A DNA stretch of 63,745 bases, counting the filler, from Octopus bimaculoides (lineage: Eukaryota): the NCBI RefSeq assembly GCF_001194135.2. It is 6 parts of 6 records of this genome, joined end to end, with 100 filler letters (N's around TTAATTAATTAA, not from the genome) between each part and the next. Parts side by side here need not be neighbours in the genome. Positions count along the whole stretch, not along the records: positions 34,827 to 45,580 come from NC_068998.1; positions 45,681 to 58,808 come from NC_068986.1; 4 more parts are not named here. One strand, written 5' to 3'. Numbering within the stretch: position 1 is the stretch's first letter; every line of letters begins with the position of its first letter. The notes beneath the pieces were generated by a model. The model made no database searches and was not told the origin of the DNA. It saw only the letters and a program-made list of their open reading frames with translations. Positions 42,164 to 53,888 of this stretch are shown here, piece after piece. The position numbers were made by a program, and so were the translations under genes.

Positions 42164-42315
42164 TATAATCATAAATATATAGGGATTAGCAGTATCCTGC
42201 TTCTCCAACATACTGAGAATTCAGAAACAGCAGCCAATGAACTACTGATTCCAAAACTACAAATTTTTCTCTAATTGATAGCGATATTGCTAATCCCTAT
42301 ATATTTATGATTATA
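42164..42315. mobile_element. 152-bp MITE-like element with 33-bp TIRs
   Basis: TATAATCATAAATATATAGGGATTAGCAGTATC versus GATATTGCTAATCCCTATATATTTATGATTATA (1 mismatch). Confidence 0.75.
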
Positions 42316-42539
42316 AATGGTTTTACCGATAAGGTTTTTTTCGTACTGAGCTACCCGGCAAAATTGTTAATTATTAATTTTATTACTAATTGACGATTCC
42401 CTGCCCTGTATATCTATATGTATATATATATGTATATGTATGTNNNNNNNNNNNNNNNNNNNNNNNNNNNNNNNNNNNNNNNNNNNNNNNNNNNNNNNNN
42501 NNNNNNNNNNNNNNNNNNNNNNNNNNNNNNNNNNNNNNN

Positions 42540-42575
<36 letters not shown>

Positions 42576-42869
42576 CCACACATATATCTTTTATTCGCCT
42601 CAGTCAATGAAGTGCGGTCATGCTGGAACACCGCCTCGAGATGCTTAATCGAATAAGCCCACCTCTGTTCCAATGTTATGACTGGTACTTTTGTTTTTAT
42701 CATTCGCTTATTGGCCAAAACGCTATGTTACAGGGAATTCACCAAACCAACACTGGTTTCGAAGCTGTGTGATACAAACACAAAGATTCTCTCACACATA
42801 CATATTCACATACATAGAAGCACACACTCATGTCCGTATACACACCAACACACCAACACACACCACAGG

Positions 42870-43030
42870 CTTCCACACCGTTTTCCGTTTAGTAAATGGA
42901 GACACAAAGTTTTTGGTCGGCTGGTTGAAAGACCCATGTCCAAGGCGTCTCGTACCATGACTGGACCCAAAGCCACATGATGTGATTGCGACGTGAACTA
43001 CTTCACCAGTCAGCCATCTGTGCCCTAGCA
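42870..43030 (-). mobile_element. Degenerate CORE-type SINE family 1
   Basis: Reverse complement of ..CCTTGGACATGGGTCTTTC..CCGACCAAAAAC..CATTTACTAAACGGAAAAC. Confidence 0.55.
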
Positions 43031-43784
43031 AAAGTGATGGGAAAATATATACGCTATAAGATTTACAGTTATGTAATAATGATCGATACTTGTAGGCGAA
43101 CGAAGATAGAAACGGGGAGAAGAAAGAAATAAGAAAAACGTATTAGTTTTCTATACAAACGACATCACAAACACAAACCCGATGAGAATAGAAAGAAATA
43201 TTTTAAAACACTTTACTTAATTTCTTACCGGCATATCGTTTTATTTTTTAAAATTTCATTTTGCCTTAAAACCGCCGCAGAATGCTGCAAAGACCTTAAT
43301 ATTTCCCATGATGCGTTAGAAGAAAGTGAATATATATGAACACAAAAAAAAAAGAAAAAAGATTTTCAAAATAAACATAAATAAACCTAGATTTAACATA
43401 AAAAAACACTGGCATTCATAACAACAAATCTATAATCGGATATTCTTTTTTTTAAATTTCCATGTTAAAATCGAAGCTAGTTTCAACCAAGAGAATGGAC
43501 TGCCATATTTTCGTTGTATGCAAGAAAAAAAAATGCTGAAAAATAAAACGAAACGAAAAGAGAATTCTAGACGTTAGATAGTGAAATGCAGCAGGTAAGG
43601 AAATACATTTCAAGAAAGATTGATAACCATTATGGTTCCTGTACACACTCACTACACCCGATACTTTCGGTGGTCGTCGACGCAGTTAATATATGGCGAA
43701 CGTAAGGAACTCGATTGCATACAATGGAACGGTCAGAAGAGCGATAGAGTCAAAGATCAGCTTGGTGTGTGTGTGAATGTGTAA

Positions 43785-43817
<33 letters not shown>

Positions 43818-43831
43818 CACACATATATACT

Positions 43832-44005
43832 TTATCTGACTACTCGGAAAAATTGGCAAGTCTTATAAGTGATGGTAGGTACAGAAAAGTAAAGAAAGAC
43901 CCAACTCTGAAAACAGAGAGGAAGTTGTCACAGATCTTGACTAAGAACAAGGATCACTTTTCACCAATGAAATACAGACAACTGATTCAACACTACAGTA
44001 AAATG
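43832..44005 (+). mobile_element. Penelope-like element RT N-terminal fragment
   Basis: 'SDYSEKLASLISDGRYRKVKKDPTLKTERKLSQIL' fits the DY..K...LL.D..Y..L..DPT motif upstream of Penelope RT domains. Confidence 0.75.
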
Positions 44006-44079
44006 TGTCACACACACACATGTGTGTGTGTGTGTTTGTGTGTGTTTGTATATTTGTGAGTGTGTTTGGGTGTGTGTGC

Positions 44080-44302
44080 ATTGTATAAAAGATCGTGGGT
44101 AAGGCCAAAGCAATGCGAAATAAACGCAAGGTAAATCACAAGAAAACAAATTTGTGAATTAATGTAGACTTACCTTGTATTCAATATTTCGGGGTCATTG
44201 AATGCAAGGTAAGTCTACATTAATTGACATATTTGTTTTCTTGTGATTTATCTTGCATTTACTTCGCATTGCTTTGGCCTTACCCACGATGTTTTATACA
44301 AT
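44080..44302. repeat. 223-bp near-perfect palindrome (106-bp arms, 11-nt loop)
   Basis: 44080-44185 versus reverse complement of 44197-44302: 7 differences, no indels. Confidence 0.95.
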
Positions 44303-44365
44303 ATATTCTACACAATGCTTCATAGTAATTATTCCATTATATATAAGTATATATATGTATGGTTG

Positions 44366-44419
<54 letters not shown>

Positions 44420-45325
44420 ATGTATGCTCTGGAATCTGTATAATCGATGCCAAGATTGAGTGTTAACCCAACCCAACATGGCTGCTGTCCAATGACTAGC
44501 CATTATATTTTTGTGTTATAAACATAACGTGAATATGTTAAAAAGTTTATGGAAATTTGATTGCTGTAAACGTACGATTTGTTTTCCTCTTATTACGAAC
44601 TAGCTCTTTATTGTTCGTGACTTTATAGCTGCCCTGAAGAGCAGAATAATAATTCTATACATACATACATACATACATACATACATACATACAAGTTTAT
44701 AGTTGGAGAGAGAAAAGAAATGGGAAAAAATAGCGGATAGATAGATAGACAGACAGATAGATAGACAGATAGATAGATATAAAGAGAGATAGAGAGAGAG
44801 GGAGAAAAAGAGGGGCAGAGAGAGAAAAATAGTATGGCCGACATTACTTAACCTTATTCAGTTATATGAGATAAGTGATACATGTACTGCATGTACAGAA
44901 ATCATTATTATTCTAAAGTTAGACCTCGCAACAACGTATAAAATATTGCCACCTACAGCATCTCCGAAACGAAATACTAAAGATGCAATCAAAACTATAG
45001 AAACAAACAATTAGCATGTCTAATGTGTTATATGTAGCTGGACTGTAACTTTAAGAATTGCTTCTGAATCTTGTGTCTCCGTACGATTTCTCTTCGTAAA
45101 ATTTAATTTCGTTACTGCTTGGCCTAAGCTGTCAAATTTACGTCAAATATATAAGTAACTGAATTTTAACTAGAATAATGGTATTTTTCGTTCATTTTTG
45201 TTTAATTTGCTTAATTTTATTCATATTTTTGTACATACACACATAATACATAGAGACATATGTAGTTACATACGTACTTACGTACGTTCATACATACGTA
45301 AGTGTGAGTATGTGTGTGTGTGTGT

Positions 45326-45369
<44 letters not shown>

Positions 45370-45530
45370 ATTCGTGTGCGTGCGTGTGTTTGAAAATCTC
45401 ATTTTCTTGATCTTTTACAGTGTCAATTATAGTGTCTACAAGATGTATCAGGTGCTCGTACAAGTTATTTTAGCCTTGAATATTTTTCAGAAAGTATGAA
45501 ACCTATACCAACACACATACACCTGCTCAT

Positions 45531-45580
<50 letters not shown>

Positions 45581-45853
45581 NNNNNNNNNNNNNNNNNNNN
45601 NNNNNNNNNNNNNNNNNNNNNNNNTTAATTAATTAANNNNNNNNNNNNNNNNNNNNNNNNNNNNNNNNNNNNNNNNNNNNAACACATAATTTTCTTATGG
45701 TTTCTTAAACATTCTCTAGAACAACACTATGTACAAATCCAAATATATGGTACCCTAGGCATAACACCTACATGAACTTCTAACTTGTTGTCTCTTGAGG
45801 TCTCTGGGTGAGACTTGGATCCAACTTGTACAAATGCAAAGCAAAAGTCAAAC

Positions 45854-45994
<141 letters not shown>

Positions 45995-46149
45995 GCCCTG
46001 ATGCAGTACCAGGAAGTACCTCTCATGACTTCTAATCCTAACTGATTGGAAGTGTTATCATGTACATCTCTTGGCATAAAAGATGGGCTTCAATAAATAT
46101 TCCACTCAATACCACAGCTTTGTTTGTCGATTGCTTGACCATAACCAGT

Positions 46150-46325
46150 TGAGCTTGTCGGTCGGTTAGCACGCCGGGCGGAATGCTTAGTTCTGAGTTC
46201 ACATTACGCCGGAGTCAATTTTGCCATTTCGGGTCGATATATTAAGTACCAGTGGAAAACGGGGGTGATGAAATCGACTTTCGCCATTCCTCCGAAAGTG
46301 CTAGCCTTGTGCCAAAATTTGAAAC

Positions 46326-46389
<64 letters not shown>

Positions 46390-46390
46390 G
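46150..46390 (+). mobile_element. SINE family 2 copy with (ATT)n tail
   Basis: GTTAGCACGCCGGGCG..GAGTTCAC..TAAGTACCAG..GCCTTGTGCCAAAATTTGAAACC then about 21 ATT units. Confidence 0.75.
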
Positions 46391-47164
46391 TGAAAGACTC
46401 TCGGATAGTTCTTAATTACCGGTTGTTCTTTACTTGAAAACAAGCAATAACAAATCACCAAAAGTTTCATGTAGTGCCTTCTCCTCTGACTCAAAGAGAC
46501 AATACTCTCCTTAAAATGCGAGTTGTACCCAACAATGCTGTTTTCTGGATCACCTCGAGCCTGAGAGTAGCTCCTATATTCTTAATATGTTTTTCAAAGC
46601 AAAGAAACAACTCCCCAACGAAGAAATATCGAACAGAAATACAGAGATAAGACTTTAGAAATTCAAGCAATAAATAATTTCACAAGAGGCACATAAAAAT
46701 AATGAACATATTTCAAGCAAACTTGGCCAATTTGTATGATAATGCTATCAACAAGAGAGTACATATAGCAAGCGAATAAATTAACGTTATTTTTTTACGA
46801 CTGGAAGTGTTGTTTTTTTGGAGTTTTTTTTTTGTATAACACAATATATTGACATATATATTTAAGAGCATTGTTACAAAGAAGAGATGATTATAACTGA
46901 AATAGTAGAATATTAAAATTTATGTGGCAGAGATATATAACAAAGTGAAAAACATCTTTCCCTGACGTGATTATTCGTGTGTGAACCAAGAGAGAGATAT
47001 GTGTCTCTGGAAATACATAAGAATTTTTATTATGCTCTCAAAGAAAAAAAAATCGACGTACCCGGAACTGATATGTGGAGCTATACTTTCATAATGAATA
47101 GGAACATATATATATAAAACAGTTCCGAATTTAACACATTGCGAACTGAAAATATAGCTAAACA

Positions 47165-47335
47165 GACGCAGATATGGTTGTGTGCTAAAGAAGGTCGCTT
47201 TGCAACCGTGTAGCTCCACCTTCAGTCTCACTGTTCGACACCTTGATTGAATGACTTCTATTACAGCTTCAAACCGACCAGTACCTTGTGAGTGTATTCG
47301 GTAGACGGAAACTATGTGGAAGCCCGTCTTGTATA
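47165..47335 (+). mobile_element. Degenerate CORE-type SINE family 1
   Basis: Tail CCGACCAGTACCTTGTGAGTGTATTCGGTAGACGGAAACTATGTGGAAGCCCGTC matches 3120-3170. Confidence 0.6.
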
Positions 47336-47438
47336 CATGTATGTTTGTAGAGTATAAAGTAAACGAAACCACAATCAGAGTTGCGAAACAAGAAAGATTT
47401 CTTCTCGTTATCTAGTTGTACATGTATACACGCGCGCG

Positions 47439-47476
<38 letters not shown>

Positions 47477-47866
47477 AACACATATTCTTATATGCATATA
47501 TATGTACTTATACGCGTATGTACGAAAGTATAGGTACATGTGTACGTGTACACAGATTGACTATAATAATTGAAATTCAATTAATGCTTCAAATTATTTT
47601 TCGAAAATAAAAATAACGAGACATTTTCACATATATCCATGCATGTTTAAAATTATTTGGTATCATTCAATGTGTCTATTTCATCCTTTGAACTGTGTTA
47701 ATGGTGTTTATTACAAGAACTTACTTTGTAATTTTATGGTTACTTATATTATGGTTTATGTAATTCATTCCGATATCTTGGTAGATGAACGAGCGTGTGT
47801 GCCTACATATGTGTGTGTTTGTATATGTGCGCCGCATGCATTTATGTAAATATATAGATACATATA

Positions 47867-47919
<53 letters not shown>

Positions 47920-48517
47920 NNNNNNNNNNNNNNNNNNNNNNNNNNNNNNNNNNNNNNNNNNNNNNNNNNNNNNNNNNNNNNNNNNNNNNNNNNNNNNNNN
48001 NNNNNNNNNNNNNNNNNNNNNNNNNNNNNNNNNNNNNNNNNNNNNNNNNNNNNNNNNNNNNNNNNNNNNNNNNNNNNNNNNNNNNNNNNNNNNNNNNNNN
48101 NNNNNNNNNNNNNNNNNNNNNNNNNNNNNNNNNNNNNNNNNNNNNNNNNNNNNNNNNNNNNNNNNNNNNNNNNNNNNNNNNNNNNNNNNNNNNNNNNNNN
48201 NNNNNNNNNNNNNNNNNNNNNNNNNNNNNNNNNNNNNNNNNNNNNNNNNNNNNNNNNNNNNNNNNNNNNNNNNNNNNNNNNNNNNNNNNNNNNNNNNNNN
48301 NNNNNNNNNNNNNNNNNNNNNNNNNNNNNNNNNNNNNNNNNNNNNNNNNNNNNNNNNNNNNNNNNNNNNNNNNNNNNNNNNNNNNNNNNNNNNNNNNNNN
48401 NNNNNNNNNNNNNNNNNNNNNNNNNNNNNNNNNNNNNNNNNNNNNNNNNNNNTATATATATATACAGAGAAGGACAGAATGAGACAGACAGACAGACAGA
48501 TAGACAGACAGACAGAC

Positions 48518-48589
<72 letters not shown>

Positions 48590-49590
48590 GGGTATGCATG
48601 TGTGTAAATGTTTTCCTATATATACATACGTATTTATATATTACTTATTCGTAATGGCGTATTTTGGTCTCCTCTCCTGATCTTCTTTACCAACATTTGA
48701 CACTCCCATTGCTATGATTAGTGATATCCCAACCAATTTCAATCTGTTGTCTGTTTCTTTTCATTTTTATTTTCTGTCTTGTTCTAAATGTCATCTATTT
48801 TAGCACCATTCCTTTTCTTTTCCCACCCCTATTCCCTTCACACACAAAAATTCAAAAGTATATTGAACAGTAATGGATAATCATATTTTATTCATCACTC
48901 AATCCATTTCATCACACCCACATATAAACCCTGAATTTAATCATTCCGTTTGGATTCTAATGATTTTCAAATTCGAAAGAAACATGACTGGTCTTTCAAG
49001 TATTATAAAATTTTTGCAATATCAATTTGAATAACTTTACTTCTATATATGGTAGATATAATCTGTGAAAGGATTAAGGAGACAATTTTCTTACCTTTAA
49101 TGACGATATTCATTGAAACACTAATTTTCAGCATAGCTACTATCGTTATCTATATTAATAGTGATGCGATTGTGAATATTTCAAAATAAGCTTTGTAATA
49201 ATTTTCCGTTATATCTTGAATCCCATTGGATATCCTCAATTGCAGTTATTTGAATAAAATTTGTTTTTACTATGGCCATAAAATAAATTAACAGTAACAA
49301 TTAATATAGTTTTAATTAATAGCTATTTCATAATCAATATTTTCATGACGACGCTAATATTCAGCATCAAGCTTCTAAAGTTCCTTTACAGATTAATTCT
49401 ACCATATATAGAGCTAAAAAGTTTTGAAAGTACAAGTTTAAATGAGAAGAAGGATTTTTAAAATGCGCATGTACTATATGTATATATATATACATATACA
49501 TTTATGGCTATGTGCCTATGGCCATTTGCTAAGCGCTTCAGTGATGCGAAACCAATGGTCACACTTTGACCGGCCATAACAATCAGCTTC

Positions 49591-49626
<36 letters not shown>

Positions 49627-49999
49627 NNNNNNNNNNNNNNNNNNNNNNNNNNNNNNNNNNNNNNNNNNNNNNNNNNNNNNNNNNNNNNNNNNNNNNNNNN
49701 NNNNNNNNNNNNNNNNNNNNNNNNNNNNNNNNNNNNNNNNNNNNNNNNNNNNNNNNNNNNNNNNNNNNNNNNNNNNNNNNNNNNNNNNNNNNNNNNNNNN
49801 NNNNNNNNNNNNNNNNNNNNNNNNNNNNNNNNNNNNNNNNNNNNNNNNNNNNNNNNNNNNNNNNNNNNNNNNNNNNNNNNNNNNNNNNNNNNNNNNNNNN
49901 NNNNNNNNNNNNNNNNNNNNNNNNNNNNNNNNNNNNNNNNNNNNNNNNNNNNNNNNNNNNNNNNNNNNNNNNNNNNNNNNNNNNNNNNNNNNNNNNNNN

Positions 50000-50031
<32 letters not shown>

Positions 50032-50617
50032 TACATGTGTGTTTGCGTGTATGTATAAAGAAAAAAAGAACAAAGAAAGGAAGAAAATGTAAAAGTCATA
50101 GAATGAGGTTATGTTAAATATGCATTGCTCCAATATTATATTCAATTAATAAAGTGATTCATAAAGCAGCGAGAACGTAACAAATATAACTGTATAAATA
50201 TCCCTGATATGTAAACAACTAAACAGTTGCTACATGTTCAAATCTGCTGTTGAACAATAAACCGATCAGTATGCAGAATATTTTAGTGCAGTCTCACTGT
50301 CATGGAGGAGTTGCCGTCTAGTTAACATGATAAGGAGTGTCCAACTAGACACAGGTAATATTGATATCATACGCAAATATAACCGATGTGTATTGTTTAT
50401 CTTTGTTAGTATCTAAATTCTGTTCGTTTTTTCTTCCAAGTTTTATTCTGATCAATTTTGCTCTCGAACATTCTCGAGTAATATTGTTTATACAAAATGA
50501 ATCATATTACATTATCTTCTAAAACCTCAATTATATACATAATTTTGGATTTTGAATTCCACGTTAATATTTCACGCAAGGATACTTTTTTGGAATATTT
50601 TTTTGGAATATTAACTG

Positions 50618-50623
50618 TTTATT
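50618..50623 (-). promoter_or_regulatory. First canonical polyadenylation hexamer downstream of the GTPase stop (second at 50442-50447)
   Basis: AATAAA on the minus strand about 430 nt after the stop; weak evidence alone in AT-rich DNA. Confidence 0.3.
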
Positions 50624-51052
50624 TGGTAGCCCATATTTATATAAATTTTAAAATGAAAGTGAAAATGTATAAAATATTCATTAGACGAAATATATGTAAT
50701 GTTTAAAGAACTTACGTTCGAGTCTTTTGCCCAAAATTTACTGTGGAGACTCGAAATTAGAACCATTTCTGTTGATAAAAGAGGCAAAAATCTGTGATGT
50801 GAAAAGATTGGGTTTATAGAAAAAAGTGTCCCGAAATATTTTGTAGATAGAAAATAGCACGTTAACATGTGTGGAGACAATAACATTTACAATAACATCT
50901 ATTGTAACAGCTGAAACTAATATAACATCATCTCGTTTGTAAAGTTGAACTTAAAAGTTTACAAAAGTGCAAGAACCAGAGTAAAAGTGGTTGAGGCTTT
51001 ACTGATCCAATCTCAAAAGAAGGCGGAAATAACTTGCAATGGTGAGAGTAGT

Positions 51053-51760
51053 TCAAGATATACCACAATCATTTTTACCGGGGCGTCCAGATCTTTTGAT
51101 CTTCGGTTTACTACCCCTTCTAATTAAGCTTCGACTTCTAAGAAATTTTTTTTTCTCCTCATCTGTGTCGCCTTGTTCTTCTGCAGTGTGATCCAGTGAC
51201 AAGCGGCGTTTCAGGAACGGTTCCAACTGCCTAACAGAAGGAATATTTGCTTGAATTAAAAGGATACGGAATATATCATTTATACATTCCCCAGTCTTAG
51301 CAGAAACTTCAACAAATTTTCCTTTGAGCCCATCGTTATTGACCCAGTCTAATGCGTCAAATTTTTCGATAATACGGTCATTTTCTAAATCAACTTTATT
51401 GCCAACAATGACCACAGGGATCTTTTCATAATCTCGCCTCTCCTCCTTAATTTGATCCCAAAGTTGTTTGACTTCTTTATATGAGGCTTCGTTAGTTATC
51501 GTATATACCAAAGTGAAAGCATGTGCCGTAGAGATGGATAAACGCCGCATAGCAGGAAATGGAATGTTTCCAGCCGTGTCTAAAATATCAACTTTAATAA
51601 GGCTACCACTGATATCGTACTGTCGGCAGAACAAATCTTCAACAGTTTCGTGGTATTCAGATGTAAAGGCCCCAAAAAGAAATCGTTTAATGATGCTACT
51701 TTTACCCACCCCACCTGCTCCTAGAACCACAACACGGTGCCGTTGGTCAGTGTCGTTCAT
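51053..51760 (-). CDS. Ras-family small GTPase, Rhes/Dexras (RASD)/Di-Ras-like, 235 aa, uninterrupted CDS
   Basis: All G-boxes present: G1 GAGGVGKS, G2 YHETVED, G3 DTAGNIPF, G4 NKVD, G5 SAK. 'FPAMRRLSI' follows G3 as in RASD/Di-Ras proteins. Polybasic tail ends in CAAX (CGIS). A at -3 of the ATG. Exact paralogue not assignable by eye. Confidence 0.96.
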   Translation of the reverse strand: MNDTDQRHRVVVLGAGGVGKSSIIKRFLFGAFTSEYHETVEDLFCRQYDISGSLIKVDILDTAGNIPFPAMRRLSISTAHAFTLVYTITNEASYKEVKQLWDQIKEERRDYEKIPVVIVGNKVDLENDRIIEKFDALDWVNNDGLKGKFVEVSAKTGECINDIFRILLIQANIPSVRQLEPFLKRRLSLDHTAEEQGDTDEEKKKFLRSRSLIRRGSKPKIKRSGRPGKNDCGIS

Positions 51761-51860
51761 ATTGTAAATAAATGTTTGTTTTCTTCAAAACATGAAACCA
51801 TCAAGCATTGGTCGACACACTTATCCTTCAGTTGGTAGATAATTAAATCTTGTTCGTCAT
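51757..51860 (-). promoter_or_regulatory. Three upstream ORFs in the GTPase 5' leader
   Basis: uORF1 51860-51843 MTNKI*; uORF2 51808-51785 MLDGFMF* (in frame with the CDS, stops 24 nt before it); uORF3 51801-51757 MVSCFEENKHLFTI* whose TGA overlaps the main ATG. Confidence 0.55.
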
Positions 51861-51935
51861 GAAACAATTATTACTGCTGATGAAACTCTGAATCTTCTTT
51901 TCTGTTTCTTTTTATGATATTCGAAACGCACAAAT

Positions 51936-51960
51936 CTGTTAAGAAATAAAATAAAATATT
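51936..51960 (-). promoter_or_regulatory. Probable splice acceptor of a 5'UTR intron of the GTPase gene
   Basis: Minus strand reads AATATTTTATTTTATTTCTTAACAG|ATTTGTGCG: T-rich tract plus CAG, 175 nt upstream of the ATG. Confidence 0.6.
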
Positions 51961-52538
51961 ATTATTTTAAATATCAACAAATATAGATAAAATATCCAAA
52001 CTTTATTACATGAATATCATAGAATTGACAGAATCGTATTAAAGTTACTTTAATGGTAGTAGGATATAAAAGGTAACTTTCAAATTATTAGATATTTATG
52101 AAGATGTGTCTATCTGATGAAACCTCATTATATTTAAAAGGTATTTTATTATTCTTGAAAAACTTGTTTTTATTAATTGTATTGAAACATCTGTAATTTA
52201 TGAGATGTGTCATTTGTTTGTATAAAATGATGAAATTGTATAGAATTTAGCATTTAATGATTAAATTATTTAATTGTTCAATTTATTGTGTTGGTTTCCA
52301 TTTCGAATTTACATATATATAATACAAATAATATATGAGTATATACATATATACGTACATGTATGTACATACCTACATCTACATGTATATATAGATGCAT
52401 ATCTGGGTACAGGACGTTGCAAAAAAACGTGGACAAAATAATAAAGAGAGTACAGAAAACATACAAGCCACATAGAGAACATTTCCTTCATCAGCTGCCA
52501 CCATTCTAAAACTAAGCGTTTCGAATGTGTGTGTGTTT

Positions 52539-52650
<112 letters not shown>

Positions 52651-52984
52651 ACATAATATTGAGTCTGAGGCGAGTCGTTCTCTTTTAGTGCCTTATTATT
52701 TGATACACTCACCGGTTCGATTTCCACTCATTTACTTATTTTTTCTGAAATTTTCGTTGCGTCTTGCAACCTTTTCAATGGTAGTATTCATATTGGGAAA
52801 CGTTTTGAATATGCTAATAAAGCTCCTATTCCATTATGCCGGCCACTGTCCAATGATGTTGACTAGTGAACCAGTTTGTCAGCGTTGTACTGATATAATG
52901 TATGAGGAATATAATAATAATAATAATAGCAATAATACATGGATGGAATTCATAAACAGTTAAACTTGCGCAACGTTTATAAAT

Positions 52985-53310
52985 TCCATCCAAGGATTCG
53001 TTCATTCGTTCCCCCATCTCTCACATTTCCTTGCCTTCTCTTCTTGCTCACTTTCCCTCCATTTTTCACTTCACTGTGTCCCTGTCGTTTTTTCTCGCCC
53101 CTCCTTAATTCTTTTGTCCCTCTTCCTTTACCTTGCCACGTGACCAGCGTTCGGCCAAGTCTGATCTTTCTTTCTTGGCTGGCCGTCGTCCGTGCAACAT
53201 CGATATTCCTCCCTGTGCCTGGGAAATCTTTATTTCCACACATGCCCGCCTAATTTAATTTGTCCTTAGTCGAAAGACACCTGTTGTTATGTCCTGTTAT
53301 TATTTTTATT
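52985..53310 (+). repeat. Interspersed repeat family C (related inverted copy about 8440-8700)
   Basis: Pyrimidine-rich body with shared CACGTGACCAGCG; family not identified. Confidence 0.4.
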
Positions 53311-53375
53311 GTATTTGTGTAACATTTGTGTGCGTATGTATAGGTGTGTGTTTATATATGTGTCTATTCATAGTA

Positions 53376-53888
53376 TTAGGCCGAGGAAAAAGTTCGTTCG
53401 CCGTGTTAAAATAATGCTTTTTTATATATATTTTTGTGGTGTTTTCATTCAGTTCATATCATTCAATGATGACTCACTGTTTTCGTCGAAAATGCGCTTT
53501 GTTTCAACAAGACAGTGCAAAGCCACATACTGCCAGAAAGAACAGCAACAGAATTGAAGAATTGGGCGGTGTGGAAGTTCTGCTGCATCCAGCCTATAGT
53601 CCACTTGTTGCTCAATCTGACTACGGTCTCTTCCGATCAATGCGACACTTTATGAAAGGTCACCGATTTGAGTCATTCGATGAGGTTAAAGAAGCTTGTC
53701 AAGACTTTTTCGATTCAAAGCCGACGGATTAGTATTTTGGCCAAATTCGAAAGCTTGCAGATCGTTGGCAGAAGGTCGCGGAAAATGATTGTCTTTATTT
53801 TGAAGAATAGGTAATGTTGTTTTTTGAATAAATTCTTGCATAAAAATCATTATTTTAACACGACGCACGAACCTTTTCCTCAAACTAG
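53376..53888 (+). mobile_element. 513-bp internally deleted mariner element with both TIRs and TA TSD
   Basis: TIRs TTAGGCCGAGGAAAAAGTTCGTTCGCCGTGTTAAAATAATG and the inverted copy at 53848-53888, TA on both sides. Encodes 'QQDSAKPH', 'HPAYSPLVAQSDYGLFRSM' (DD34D type), 'RWQKV...YFEE*'. Confidence 0.93.

Noticed and set aside
51468-51767. 99-aa plus-strand ORF
   Set aside because: Antisense to the GTPase CDS.
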